Below, piece after piece: positions 11,131-23,260 of a stretch of 64,000 nucleotides of DNA. The notes beneath the pieces are model-generated. The model made no database searches. It was not told where the DNA came from and worked only from the letters and a program-made list of their open reading frames with translations. The stretch comes from Octopus vulgaris. Lineage: Eukaryota. The translations under genes and the position numbers were made by a program. Where the stretch lies: NCBI GenBank assembly GCA_951406725.2, contig OX597835.1, positions 24,118,001 through 24,182,000 on the forward strand, written 5' to 3'. Within the stretch, counting starts at the first letter, position 1; each line of letters opens with the position of its first letter.

Positions 11131-13553
11131 TAATGTTGGGCATCCTGATTCTGCCCTGAAGAAAAGGGTTACGGTTGCTGCGGGATACTCGCCCGAACAA
11201 CCGTAAAGCTCAAGCTCATCGTCGCAACCGACTGTGAACCATTATGCCACAGCTCATTCATTTTTATTCTAGTTCGCGTTCCCACGCTGTCGTACGAGCT
11301 CTCCGCATACAATTATTTCCGTGATATTTACTCTCCGCCCGTAATTATGAATAGTTTGCCAGACTCCCTCATGTAGCTATCTTTGAATGTGTAATAGGAT
11401 AATTAAAGCACACACACACACACTTCTCTTCTACACACGCACATACGTGTATATATATATATAGTTGCTAATAATTGGTATCAATGATTTGCATTGATTT
11501 TGTTGGTAATTCATTTTTTTCGGTTCATATATTTTTTTTTCCTACATCACATGAAACACACACACACTAACACAAACGCGCGCGGGCGCATAAAAATCGT
11601 TCAAGCGTATCGACATCTTTAACTGAAAATATGTGAGTCACTTCACTTGCCAGGCAAGTACAGCTCCGAACTGTGTGTGAGATTTCATGTCGATTTATAA
11701 TTGTTTTATAGCTCCCGTTCAGTTACGATCGAACAGACAGCAGACCTTGTTTGGCTTTGTAAGGTAGTCAGTCGGACAGACATCTCGTGGTTCAAGCTAC
11801 AAACACACACACACACACACACACACATACATACACAAAAAAAAAACTCCTTTTGTTCCAGATATATAATCGCCACACTCCGGTTTATTTAAACATTTAA
11901 ACATACTCCGCTGTGCTTTATCGTGTAGGGGTCCGATTTAGAACAAGACAAAAGGCAACATGTCTGGACGTGTTGCTTTCTTACTTCAGTGGGTACCGTT
12001 ATCTTTAATTGTTTTTTTCACTCGTTTCGGTCATTGGACTGCGGCCATGCAGGGGCAGGGAGAACTTTGAAGGGCTTTATTCGAACGAATCAACTCCATT
12101 AAACTGGGGCGCCGCCTTAGAGTTTTGTAGTCGAATGTATCGACCACCAGTACTTATTTTTTAAAAGCCTGGTATGTATTCTAATGGTAGTCTTTTGACG
12201 AGCTGCGAAGTTACGGAGATGTGAACACACCAGCACCGGTTGTCAAGCAGTGGTGCGGATCAAACACACAAATATATATATGATGGGCTTCGTTCAGTTT
12301 CCGTCTATCAAATCCACTCACAAGACTGGTCAGCCCGAGTAGCAGACACTTGCTCTAGACGGACGGTGACTGAGCAAACCTATGATGGATGACATCCCAG
12401 CCTTGATCATCTCGTTTTAAATTATTTTGATACGTATCTCGTACTACACTCTAGTTTATCCTTTCTCCACAAGATGGTAGGATGTGATTTGGCTGTTATT
12501 TCTAAAAGGTGAAGCCACTGTATAGAACAGGCATGGATAAGCGGGCCGCATGAGATAAGGCCCACACTACTACTAAAAATTTTTTTAAAAACTTAAATTT
12601 TCGTTTCGACGTGCCCCATTCAGAAAGTCCCGGGGTTGCAAGTTGCTCATGACTGAGATATTCTAAAGAATCTCTCTTGTTCGCCCACCCTGTCTATAGT
12701 TGTTGCTTAGTGGTGACTCCATGGGCGGTGAATGAGATGATGTCGGTCATGGTTCGACCCAAGACGGTAGAATGTGATTTGAAGGAGATTTAGCTGTTAT
12801 TTCTTACAGGTGGAGCGACTCTGTAGAATATGTCCCGTTAGTTCATCCTCCCTGTCCATCTGTGTATGATTGTCGGCTAATGGTCACTCTTGCGGAAACG
12901 AGTGAAGCTATGTCGGTCGCAGTTAATTTGTTGTTCCTCTATATTTTATATTTATCTCAGCAGCACCGTATTTGTGACTAATGTGGTTATATTGTGTGCG
13001 TATGTTGTTCGGACTGAGGTTGGGCGATGATGGTGGTGACGACTGAGAAAGCTGGGAAGTAAGAGTTTTGTTTCTCGCGTTATGTACCTTCAGCATCGCT
13101 ACACTTATGGATTTTCATCGATTGATCGATCGAGCTAAGTGCAAAGGATAGTGTTAATATGGTGTTGTAGATGTGTTCGGACCGTGGTAGGAGAAAGTGT
13201 TGTTTGGCTGGTATTGTAGACGTTTGGACTATTATGAGAGAGATGATGGTGTTGTTAGGTTGACGTTGTGGATGACTAGAGCGCGTGAAAGAGTTGTTAG
13301 GATAGTTGTGTTGTTGACGTATCTGGGCCATATTTGGAAGGATGGTGTTGGAGTGTTGAAGCGTCTGGTCTGTAGTGGAAGAGATGATTTTGTCAAAGTG
13401 GTGTTGTAGTGTTCTAGAATGTCGTGGATGTGACTGGAATGAATGGAAGACAGTGTCGTTAGGAGTGATATTGTTGTGTTTTGCGGTGTTGTATGTGTCT
13501 CTGGGCTGTACGAGAGAGTGTGGAAGTGTTGTAGATGTTTGTACGGTATGAAG

Positions 13554-13830
13554 CCAGTGCGTAACTGGTACTTAATTTATCGACCCCGAAAGGATGAAAG
13601 GCAAAGTCGACCTCGGCGGAATTTGAACTCACAACATAACGACAGCCGTATTTCGTCTATCGTTACGTTGTGAGTTCAAATTCCGCCGAGGTCGACTTTG
13701 CCTTTCATCCTTTCGGGGTCGATAAATTAAGTACCAGTTACGCACTGGGGTCGATGTAATCGACTTAATACCTATGTCTGTACTTGTTTGTCCTCTCTGT
13801 GTTTAGCCCCTTGTGGGTAATAAAGAAATA
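13554..13830. mobile_element. SINE family B insertion with inverted 5' duplication (palindrome)
   Basis: Arms 13554-13645 and 13657-13748. TSD GGTATGAAG at 13545-13553 and 13831-13839. Confidence 0.88.
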
Positions 13831-15298
13831 GGTATGAAGAGTTAGTGCTTGTTGCTAGGCTTGTGTTGTTAACAACGTGTCTGGACTGTTGGAGTGGAAG
13901 AGATAGTGTTGTTTAGGACGGTGTTGTACTTGATGTGTCTGGAATGAGAGAGAGAGAGAGTTAAGGTGGCTTTAGCAGTAGTAATGTGACTGAGTCTGAA
14001 CTATGGGGAGAGATAAGTCTTGTTAACGTGATGTAGATATCTGGTCCGTGACTGTAGAGAGAGAGAGAGAGAGAACGTGTTGTTAGGGTGGAGGTGTTGT
14101 CGCCAGTAGCATGCACTGGGATTAAATACAGGGATATGCGATAGTGTTGTTATCGGGAGAAAGCTAAAATCTGACAAATGTGTACACTTGATATATAAAT
14201 ATCTTTTACTGAATGAATGAACGACCGAAATAAAGAGAAATAATTTACGTTGAAGAATGGCGGGGTGGGGCGTTAAGGAAAGCTCTCGATTGCACGGATT
14301 GTCAATTTAGGTAGTTTATATTTTTTTTCTATTTTGTTTTCTTTTAAATATTTTTTATTTTTAATTGATATTGATTGTTAAATTAACTTGGTTAGCATCT
14401 ATTGTTCTCTCTTTCTCTTCTTTCACATCCCCCCCTCTCTCTCTCTCTTGTCTAACGATATCTTATACCGGTGTGAATGTATCCGATTTTATTACATGAA
14501 CTCACTATAACACATGCATGTTCTTCTACACACACACACACATACATACACACGCACTAGTGTATATACATGCGCGCCCTCTTCTGTACACACGCGTGCA
14601 CACTTCTGTACACATGCACGCGCACGCATTTCAGCGCTCACGCACTTAAGTACCTGCGCGCGCACACATACACGCACGCACGCACTCATATACACACACA
14701 CACATGCTCTGACTTAACACAAACGCTCTATCTTCATACATGCACGCACGCATTTCAACCCACACATATGCACGCACTCCTACATGCATACACACTTTTG
14801 GTTATGTGCTTACTTACGTGAACAGCCGAATGGCTCCAGACTTTTGTGTTTCTTAATTAACAATGTACTAAACAGCGCATATTAAGAATCTTTGTATGGA
14901 ATTCTCGGATTACCCTCTCTTATTCACCTGCTTCACTTCGTGTAGTTTACCATTTACTCCATTACTCTCATGCAAAAATATACGCGCTAAATCCTCTCCA
15001 AAGAAAAACCCCCGACGCTCACCTGTTACTAAGCAAAACGATAATGCTCTCGGTCTATCGAGCAATAAATAGTTGGGATATGGTTACGCGGGAGAACTGG
15101 AAACAAAGGGTACCGTTTGAATGAACGATGAAACACTGAGGCTTTTGTTTACAAAGAGTTGTAAACGTGCCAAGACTTGTCGAGAAGTTTGGACGTGCTT
15201 TTCACAGTGGACCGCAGGCAAATAACACCGACTGTTATGAACGGTGAGGTTTTTGTTTACAGTCGATGAACGCACCTGAAAACAAGGGACTACAATCT

Positions 15299-15349
<51 letters not shown>

Positions 15350-16483
15350 ACAGCTTCAGTTTCTACCACTTTCACTCACAAGCTATTGGTCAATTGAATG
15401 AAGGCTTTAGCAGAAGGCACCAGCTGACCCCAGAGGGACCGAACATAGTTATGTGGTTTTGAAAGAACTTCTTAATCACAATATCATGCGTGTGTGTATA
15501 TATATACAAGCCTTCTGTTAGGTGTCTCAGGAGCCCTAAAGTTCATGAGGTTTGAGTTGATCCCACTCTTTGTATATAAAGTGTCTGAGATTACAACTGT
15601 ACCCACTGGCTGGGACGCCAGTCCATCACAGGGTTAACTTCCCAACTATTGATGGAACTCATTTACAGCTGCGTGGACTGGAGGAATGTGAAATGAAGCG
15701 TTTTGCTCAACACCACAACGCGTCACCTCATCTGGTATTCGAAACCATGATCTTGCAGTCATGAGTGCAACGCCCTGACCACTCGGCCACACATACCTTT
15801 TCCTACTGCCCTGTGTATCTCTGCATTAAGATAGCTCTGGCTCTTGGTGTTTTTCATGTGGGCTTCGAGGCTTTTTCAAAATCTGATTTACCTTATTGCT
15901 TTCCTGGTACTTAATCGGTTTTAGCATCTTGACCATGGCGTACCTTGGAATGTAGTGGTGACAACTGGAGTATCCTGCTGTGATTTCTGGCATATGTCAT
16001 GTTTGCGTTTTGCTTTCTGTGTCCTTGAGTGGATTTTGGTGACCCACTTATGGAAATGTGTTGCAAATAAACTTATAAAAGTCTCTGGGTGTGGCGTTTA
16101 TTTATTAGTTTGCATGCCATTACAGCTGTTGGTATTGCTAATTACTTCCTATTGTAGTTTACTCTTTGTTTTTCCACTTTGATGCAAAGGTTTGCCAGTT
16201 TACCCTTTACACTAATCTTTTTCTTCTTTTTCCTCCAATAATAATAGTAATAATAATAATCCTTTCTGTTATCGGCACAAGACCTGAAATTTAGGAGAAG
16301 GGGAGTTGTCGATTATCCCCCCTCCTCTCCGTATTCAGCTGATACTTATTCTATCAACCCTGAAAGGGATAAAAGGCAAAGTTGAGCCCGGTGGCATTTG
16401 AACTCGGAACATAAAACCAGATGAAATGCTGCTAAGCATTCTTCCTGGTGTGCTAATGACTCTGCCAGCTCACCACCCTCTCC

Positions 16484-16501
<18 letters not shown>

Positions 16502-16516
<15 letters not shown>

Positions 16517-16759
16517 CATCATCATCATTATCATGGCTCGGCTTCGCGAACAAAGATCAGGAAGGCTGTCCACGTCACGTGCATGCACGCTCATGACTGA
16601 CAAGTCTGATATGGGAAAGGCAGGTCCGTGAGCAGTGTCCACAGACGAAGGTAACATCCGGTGTGGTGTTAGAGACGGCTCGCGCCTTCCTCCTGCGTCT
16701 CTTGTCTTTAAGTGTGTCTCTTCTTTGTTCCTCAAACTTGCTGACTGCATTGAAGATCA
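16502..16759 (-). mobile_element. 5'-truncated RTE-clade LINE 3' end
   Basis: FEEQRRDTLKDKRRRRKAR...FVCGHCSRTCLSHIRLVSHERAC (terminal Zn-finger of RTE ORFs), short UTR and (GAT)n tail. Long flanking direct repeat. Confidence 0.8.
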
Positions 16760-17299
16760 TCTGCCAGCTCACCACTCTCTCCAATAATAATAATAATAAT
16801 GCCCCTTTCTGCTAAAGGCTGAAACCCTGAAATTTTGGGGTGGGGATAGTCAATTAAATCTCCCCCTACCACCACCACCAGTGCATGACTGGTACTTATT
16901 TCATCGACTCCTGAAAGGATGAAAGCCAAAGTCAGTCACAGCAGAATTTTAACTTAACGTTCTGACGTTCCGGGTTCACATTCCACTCTTTGTCCTATTT
17001 TGGAGTTGATAAAACAAGTACCTGTGAAGTATGATGGATGGCGGGGGGGGGGGGGGCAATGTAATCAACTGACCCACCTTCTTCTCCCTCATAACTGACA
17101 GAGTGCCAGTTTCAAAGAGTGGCAAGCCGGCAGGATTCCTTAGCATGCTGGGCAAAATGCTCTGCATCATTTCGTCTGTCTTTACATTCTGAGTTCAAAA
17201 TCTGCCAAGGTCTACCTTGCGTTTTTCATCCTTAGTACCAGTTGAGTACTGAGGTTAATGTAATCGACTACTCACCCTTAAAGGCACTCCCGCCCTTAA

Positions 17300-17521
17300 C
17301 CCTTTAGCATTTAAACCGGCCATATCCGGCCAAAAGTATTCTGCCTGTTTTAAGTTCAAACTGGCCAGATCTGGTCTCTCACACCAACCCTACAATATTG
17401 TTTTAAAAATTAACAGCTACCTCATCAAAATCTCGTAGCTACAAGATTAATGAATGATTAGTTCAAAACAATGTGGATGAAAAAGGATTAATTTTGGCAG
17501 AATAATGCGAACACTAAAGGG
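17300..17521 (+). mobile_element. piggyBac-type MITE
   Basis: TTAA|ccctttagc ... ctaaaggg|TTAA. Relatives at 42005-42223 and about 54640-54855. Confidence 0.8.
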
Positions 17522-17922
17522 TTAAAGGCAAAAAACTAAAAAAAAATTTTCAGGCGTTGTGCCTGTTGTGGAAAGAATTTAGTATTTGTTTTTTTTTTTT
17601 TGCTTTGGAGATCTGCCTGTCCAAAAAGTAGCAGTAGTAAATCAGATTGGTGGGACCTGTGTGGTGGAGGCGGGGGGGGGGATGCATAAGTTGGAGCAGG
17701 TGTGAAGAAGACAATAGGAAATATAGAAATGTCGGATTAAAAACACAAAAGGACAGATGTTACGATCATTTTTTTTTGTTTTTGTTTTTTTTTTTAACTC
17801 TTAAGTAACCTGGAAGATTTAAAGAAGCTAAGTGGAATCCACAAGCGAAAGGCAGTGGTGTTGGCGATAGTAGTGCGGGTTATCGCGGCTGCTGCTACTG
17901 GAGATGGTGATGTTGGTAGTAA

Positions 17923-18339
17923 AGGCGGCGAGCTGGCAGAACCGTTAGCACGTTGGGCGAAATGCTTAGCGGTATTTCGTCTGCCGTTACATTCTGAGTT
18001 CAAATTCCGCCGAGGTCGACTTTACCTTTCATCCTTTCGGGGTCGATTAAATTAAGTACCAGTTACGCACTGGGATCGATGTAATCGACTTAATCCGTTT
18101 GTCTGTCCTTGTTTGTCCTCTCTGTGTTTGGCCTCTTGTGGGTAGTAAAGAAATAGGTATTTCGTCCGTCTTTACATTCTGAGTTCAAATTCCGCCGAGG
18201 TCGACTTTGCCTTTCATCCTTTTAGGGCTGATAAATTAAGTACCAGTTACGCACTGGGATCGATGTAATCGACTTAATCCGTTTGTCTGTCCTTGTTTGT
18301 CCTCTCTGTGTTTGGCCTCTTGTGGGTAGTTAAGAAATA
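17923..18339 (+). mobile_element. SINE family B dimer
   Basis: Head ggcggcgagctggcaga plus two 3' modules, bounded by direct repeat ggtagtaaagg (17915-17925 / 18340-18350). Confidence 0.85.
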
Positions 18340-18519
18340 GGTAGTAAAGGTAGTGGCAATTGTGGTATTCGTTGCAGTGGTAAAGGTGGGCATCAAAACT
18401 GTTGGTGGTCATTGTTGTCGTCGTCGTCGTTGTTGTAGTAGTAGTAGTAGTTGTGATGGTGGTGACATCTGTGAAACTTGTGATGAGTTGTTAAACTTCA
18501 TGGCTTACTTTTCTCTTCT

Positions 18520-18880
18520 TTGCTTTCACTTGTTTCACTCGTTTGATTGTGGCCATGCTGGAGCACCACCTTGAAGACTTTTTTTTTAAAGCCTAGTACT
18601 TATTCTATCTGTCTCTTTAGCCAAACTGCTAAGTTAGGGGGTGTAAATACACCAACACCAGTTATCAAGTGGTGATGAGGGTCAAATGAGCACACACACA
18701 CACACACACACACACATAATGGACTTCTTTTAGTTTCCGTCTACCAGATCCATTCACAAGGCTTTGGTCAGCCTGAGGCTATAGTAGAAGACACTTGCCC
18801 AAGGTGCCATGCAGTGAGACTGAACCCGGAACCATGTGGTTGGGAAGCAAGCTTCTTACCACACAGCCACACCTGTGCCT
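18520..18880 (-). mobile_element. SINE family A
   Basis: Reverse-complement head and tail motifs with a central (CA)n. Confidence 0.8.
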
Positions 18881-19389
18881 GGCTGTTAGTTTCTTCTTTT
18901 TCTTTTCTGATTGAGGTTAAAATAAATAATTGATAGATGAGTCATCATCTTGTATGAAATCAGATATAGGTGTGTGTGGAATGGGTATATGTGTGGAGGG
19001 GTACGTGTGTGTACATGTGTGTGACGTACACATTTCAATACATGTGATGTTTGTGTGTGTTTGTATGTGATGTGTAAGTATGGTTGTGTGACCATGTATG
19101 AAGGTGTGTGTGTGTGTGGTAATTTTTGTAAGTATGGGGGCTGGATATATGTATATGTATGTACATAATGGTGTTTAATAGGTGCAGTATGTATATGTAA
19201 TCTGTATAGGTGTATGTGTGGGTGTGTGTGTATACGTGCAGAAACCAAAAAGTAAGGAGATAACCAAGGAGAAAGAACCAAAGGAGCCATTGTGACATTC
19301 AGAATTTTTTTTTTCGTAGAAAACCTGTTTTAAGAAACCCTTCTCTATACACATACACGTACATATTTATCTATACACAGATTACACAT

Positions 19390-19695
19390 TATCATCATCG
19401 TTTAGCGTCCGCTTTCCATGCTAGCATGGGTTGGACGGTTCAACTGGGGTCTGGGAAGCCAGGAGGCTGCACCAGGCCCAGTCTGATCTGGCAGTGTTTC
19501 TACGGCTGGATGCCCTTCCTAACGCCAACCACTCCGTGAGTGTAGTGGGTGCTTTCTACGTGCCACCGGCACCAGCACAGGTGCCAGACGAGGCTGGCAA
19601 ACAGCCACGATCGGATGGTGCTTTGTACGTGCCACTGGCACGGGGGCCTGGCGAGGCTGGAAACGGCCACGATCGGATGGTACTTTTTATGTGCC
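19390..19695 (-). mobile_element. SINE/LINE-tail family C with (GAT)n tail
   Basis: atcatcatcgttta.cgtccgctttccatgctagcatgggttggacgg... recurs at about 21617, 28370, 38755, 56750 and 59780-60125. Confidence 0.75.
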
Positions 19696-20111
19696 AATAT
19701 ATATATCTGTGGACATATGTATGTATGTATACCACATGTATGTATGTGTGTGATATATAGGCACAGTCTTGGCTGTGTGGTAAGAAGCTTGCTTCTCAAC
19801 CACATGGTTCCAGGTTCAGTACCACTGCAGTTACCTTGGGCAAGTGTCTTTTACTATAGCCCTTCAGACCGACCGAACCCTTATTAGTGAATATGGTAGA
19901 TGGAAACTGAAAGAAGCCTGTCATATATTGCGTTTTACCCTCTAGCCGATAACTGATCAGAATTTGGTGGCGCTCTGTCTGTTTCCCATTTGTTTTTGTA
20001 TTTATCGTGTTTTTAATTTATAGACTTGTTATTTCTCCTTTCATTCTCTTATTTCCCTCTATATTCCCTATCGTTTCCACAATAATTCAAACTCAAATAT
20101 TTTCTCATACT

Positions 20112-20149
20112 GTCTCTGATGAAGGGATATTCAGAAACAACTGTAAGAC
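20112..20149 (+). ncRNA. Degenerate minimal type I hammerhead-ribozyme motif (Penelope-like element remnant)
   Basis: gtct-CTGATGA-agggatattca-GAAA-caact-GTA-agac: stem I gtct/agac, both core boxes and a GUA triplet. Stem II is weak. Confidence 0.55.
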
Positions 20150-20212
20150 TATTCCATTATAAATGTCCTGAAAACTTCTCACGGCTTTGGATTTGTTATC
20201 TCATTCTGTCTA

Positions 20213-20243
<31 letters not shown>

Positions 20244-22633
20244 GTATGTATGTATGTATGTATGTATGTATGTATGCATATATATCCGTGTGTGTCTTTG
20301 TGAATGTGCGTGTGTGGTATTTATGTATGTGTACACATTTGTGATGTATGTGTCAATGCCTGTCATATTTATGTGTGTTATGGAAAGTGGGCGTTAAACA
20401 ATGATAATGATGATGGTTGTGTGTCAATGTGTGAAGGTGTGTGTGTGTGAGATGTATGCATGACTGTGTAAAGGTGTGTATGTGGTATGTGTTTGTAAGT
20501 ATGGGTGCAGGATATATGTTTCTGTGTGTGTGGGATATGTACGTACATAATGGTATTTAATATATTGGTATGTATAGGTGTGTGCATGCAGAAACCAAAA
20601 GGTAAAGAGACAGGTATAAAAGGAGCCATTGTGACCGAGGCAATGAATAGAGGACGCACTCTGTTACCATGACAAAATGAAAACCAAAAGACACAGCAAT
20701 GGCAAAAGGTCACTTCACCAAAACAAAGAGTATAGAAATCCAAAGTGATGGTCTTTTTATACAAATCTGGTGAGGTGGGGTGAATGCTGTTGATTTTTAT
20801 TTTCCTTTTTTTTTTATAGCTCTTTTCTTTTATTTTTTCAGTCATTTGACTGCAGCCATTCTGGAGCACCGTCTGCAGTTGAACAAATTAATCCCAGGGC
20901 CTATTCTTTGTAAACCTAGTACTTATTCTATTGGTCTGTTTTGCCGAACCACTTTGTTACAAAGATGTAAACAAATTATGGTGGGAGGACAAATGCACAC
21001 ACACACACACACACATCTTTCAGTTTCTGTCTACCAAATCGACCCACAAGGCTTTGTCACACAATGGGACTGAACCAGGAACCATGTGATTAGTAAGCAA
21101 GCTTCTTACCACACAGCCATTCCTGTGCCTATATATATGTATGTATGTATTTGTAGAGGTATTTTGGGATCAAGATTGATACAGAGTGTTATAGTCTTAA
21201 TAATCTGTTTGCCTTTTACTTGTATCAGTCATTTGGTGGTAGCCATGCTGGAGCACCACCTTGAAGGATTTTAGTCAAATGAATTGACCTCAGTACATTT
21301 TTTTTTGACACTTGGTACTTGCTTTATTGGTCTGTTTTGCTGAATTCTTAAGTTGTAGGGATGTAAACCCACCAACACTGGTTGTCAAGTGGTGGTTAAA
21401 CACCACACACACATATACAATAGGCTTTTTTCAGTTTCTGTCTACCAAATCCACTCACAAGGCTTTAGTCAGCCTAAAGCTATAGTAGAAGACACTTGCC
21501 GAAGGTACCACACTGGGACTGAACCCAGAATCATGTGGTTGGAAAGCAAACTTCTTACCTCACAGTTATGCCTTTGATGTAAACACACCAACACCAATTA
21601 TATATATATATATATATCATCATCATCATTTAATGTCCGCTTTCTATGCTAGCATGGGCTGGATGATTTGACTGAGGACTGGTGAACCAGGTGGCTGCAC
21701 CAGGCTCCAATCTAATCTAGCAGAGTTTCTACAGCTGGATGCCCTTCCTAACACCAACCACTCTGAGAGTGTAGTGGTTGCTTTTACATGCCACTGGCAC
21801 GAGGACCAGTCAGGCAGTACTGGCAACGGCCATATATATAAATAATAGTTAAAAAAAAAAAAACCATAAGAAGAAAACAACAAGCCAAGGATGTGGTACA
21901 TACATAGTATTAAGACGCTTAGGAAAGGAAAGAAAGGGTGTATTATGTTTCAAGAAGATGGAGGAAAGTCCAAAAGAAAAGGAAAATAGGGGGAGGGGGA
22001 ATTGCCAACAGTCCACATGTGGTTGCATTTTGGAATATATGCATGTATATATATATATATATATATGTGGGGGGGGGGGGTCTGTGGTGTCATAGAGGCC
22101 TCACTAGTCTGGTAGCTTGGAAAATAATATTCACTACATGCTGGAAAGCGGTTGGCATTTGGAAGGACATCCAGGGAACACAATGCCATCCTTGGAGCCA
22201 TTGGATCCTCTCAGACTGTTCAAGACATGCCAGCATGTAACAAGTACTTTAAGCGATAAGAATGGTGACAGCTGTTACTTAAATCTTACTTAAATGCGCT
22301 CTTAAAAATGATTTATCACAGGTACACACGCACGCACGTATACACATGTACATACACACAATGTATGGTGTGAATGTTTCAGTGGAGGGTGGGCATGGTG
22401 GGGACAATCTCACTGAAAGTGTCAAAACACAAAAATAAATAACTTTGTTTTGTACTCAGGTGGACTTTGGCATTTCCACTTCTTCAATCAATTAAGCAGA
22501 AATAGAAGTCAAATACTGAAGGTGTCAATATAACCCCCCTACTCCACCCCACCACCCTCGATCACCTCCAAATGTGAGTCATCATACCTGTTAACGCGAC
22601 TTTATATCAAACATCATTTATACATTATTATCA

Positions 22634-22988
22634 TTACCTCCGCCTTAACGAAGGCAGAGCTATTGTTTACAGTTGTTTGTTTGTCTGTGGACAAGATATC
22701 TCAAGAACTGCTACATGGATTTGGTTGAAACTTTCAGAGATGTTTGGCCTCATGACTGGCACGAGCTGATTAGAATTTGGGAGCGATCCAGTACCAGACA
22801 AGGATTCTGGATTATTTTTCCTGTTTCTTTTTTTTTACATAATTTTTGAGAGCGGTTGGTTTCATTTTTAGTATTTTCATTTGTAAGAACAATCAAATAT
22901 ATTTCGGATATTCTCATTTTAAAAATTATCTCCAGCTAATCGTTTAGAGGACATTGGTTTTGCCTTGGTGGAGGTTTGCACTGTCTGA

Positions 22989-23022
<34 letters not shown>

Positions 23023-23260
23023 GATAGGCTTCTTTCAGTTTCCGTCTACCAAATCCACTCACAAGGCTTTGGTCAGCCCGAGGCTATAGCAGAAGACACT
23101 TGCCCAAGATGCCACGCAGTGGGACTGAACCCAGAACTATGTGGTTGGTAAGCAAGCTACTTACCACACAGCCACTCCTGCGCCTTTAAAAATCATCTCC
23201 AGCTAATCGTTTAGAGGACATTGGTTTTGCCTTGGTGGCGGTTTGCACTGTCTGAATGCT
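22634..23260 (+). mobile_element. Helentron/HINE-like non-autonomous element, interrupted by a SINE
   Basis: Subterminal inverted motifs acctccgcc..aa / ttggtggaggt, short gtttgtctg repeat, and 3' stem gcactgtctgaatgc. Confidence 0.6.
22990..23184 (-). mobile_element. 5' half of SINE family A flanked by a 72-bp direct repeat
   Basis: Repeat 22918-22989 versus 23185-23256, two mismatches. Confidence 0.85.

Noticed and set aside
11155-11212. CTGAAGA followed by hairpin ttacggttg/caaccgtaa as a ribozyme
   Set aside because: No correctly placed GAAA box or stem I/III.
11712-11992. Candidate exons 11712-11763 and ATG-initiated MSGRVAFLLQW
   Set aside because: Lengths and phases are incompatible with the phase-1 acceptor, and the donors are weak. 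A UTR role is not excluded.
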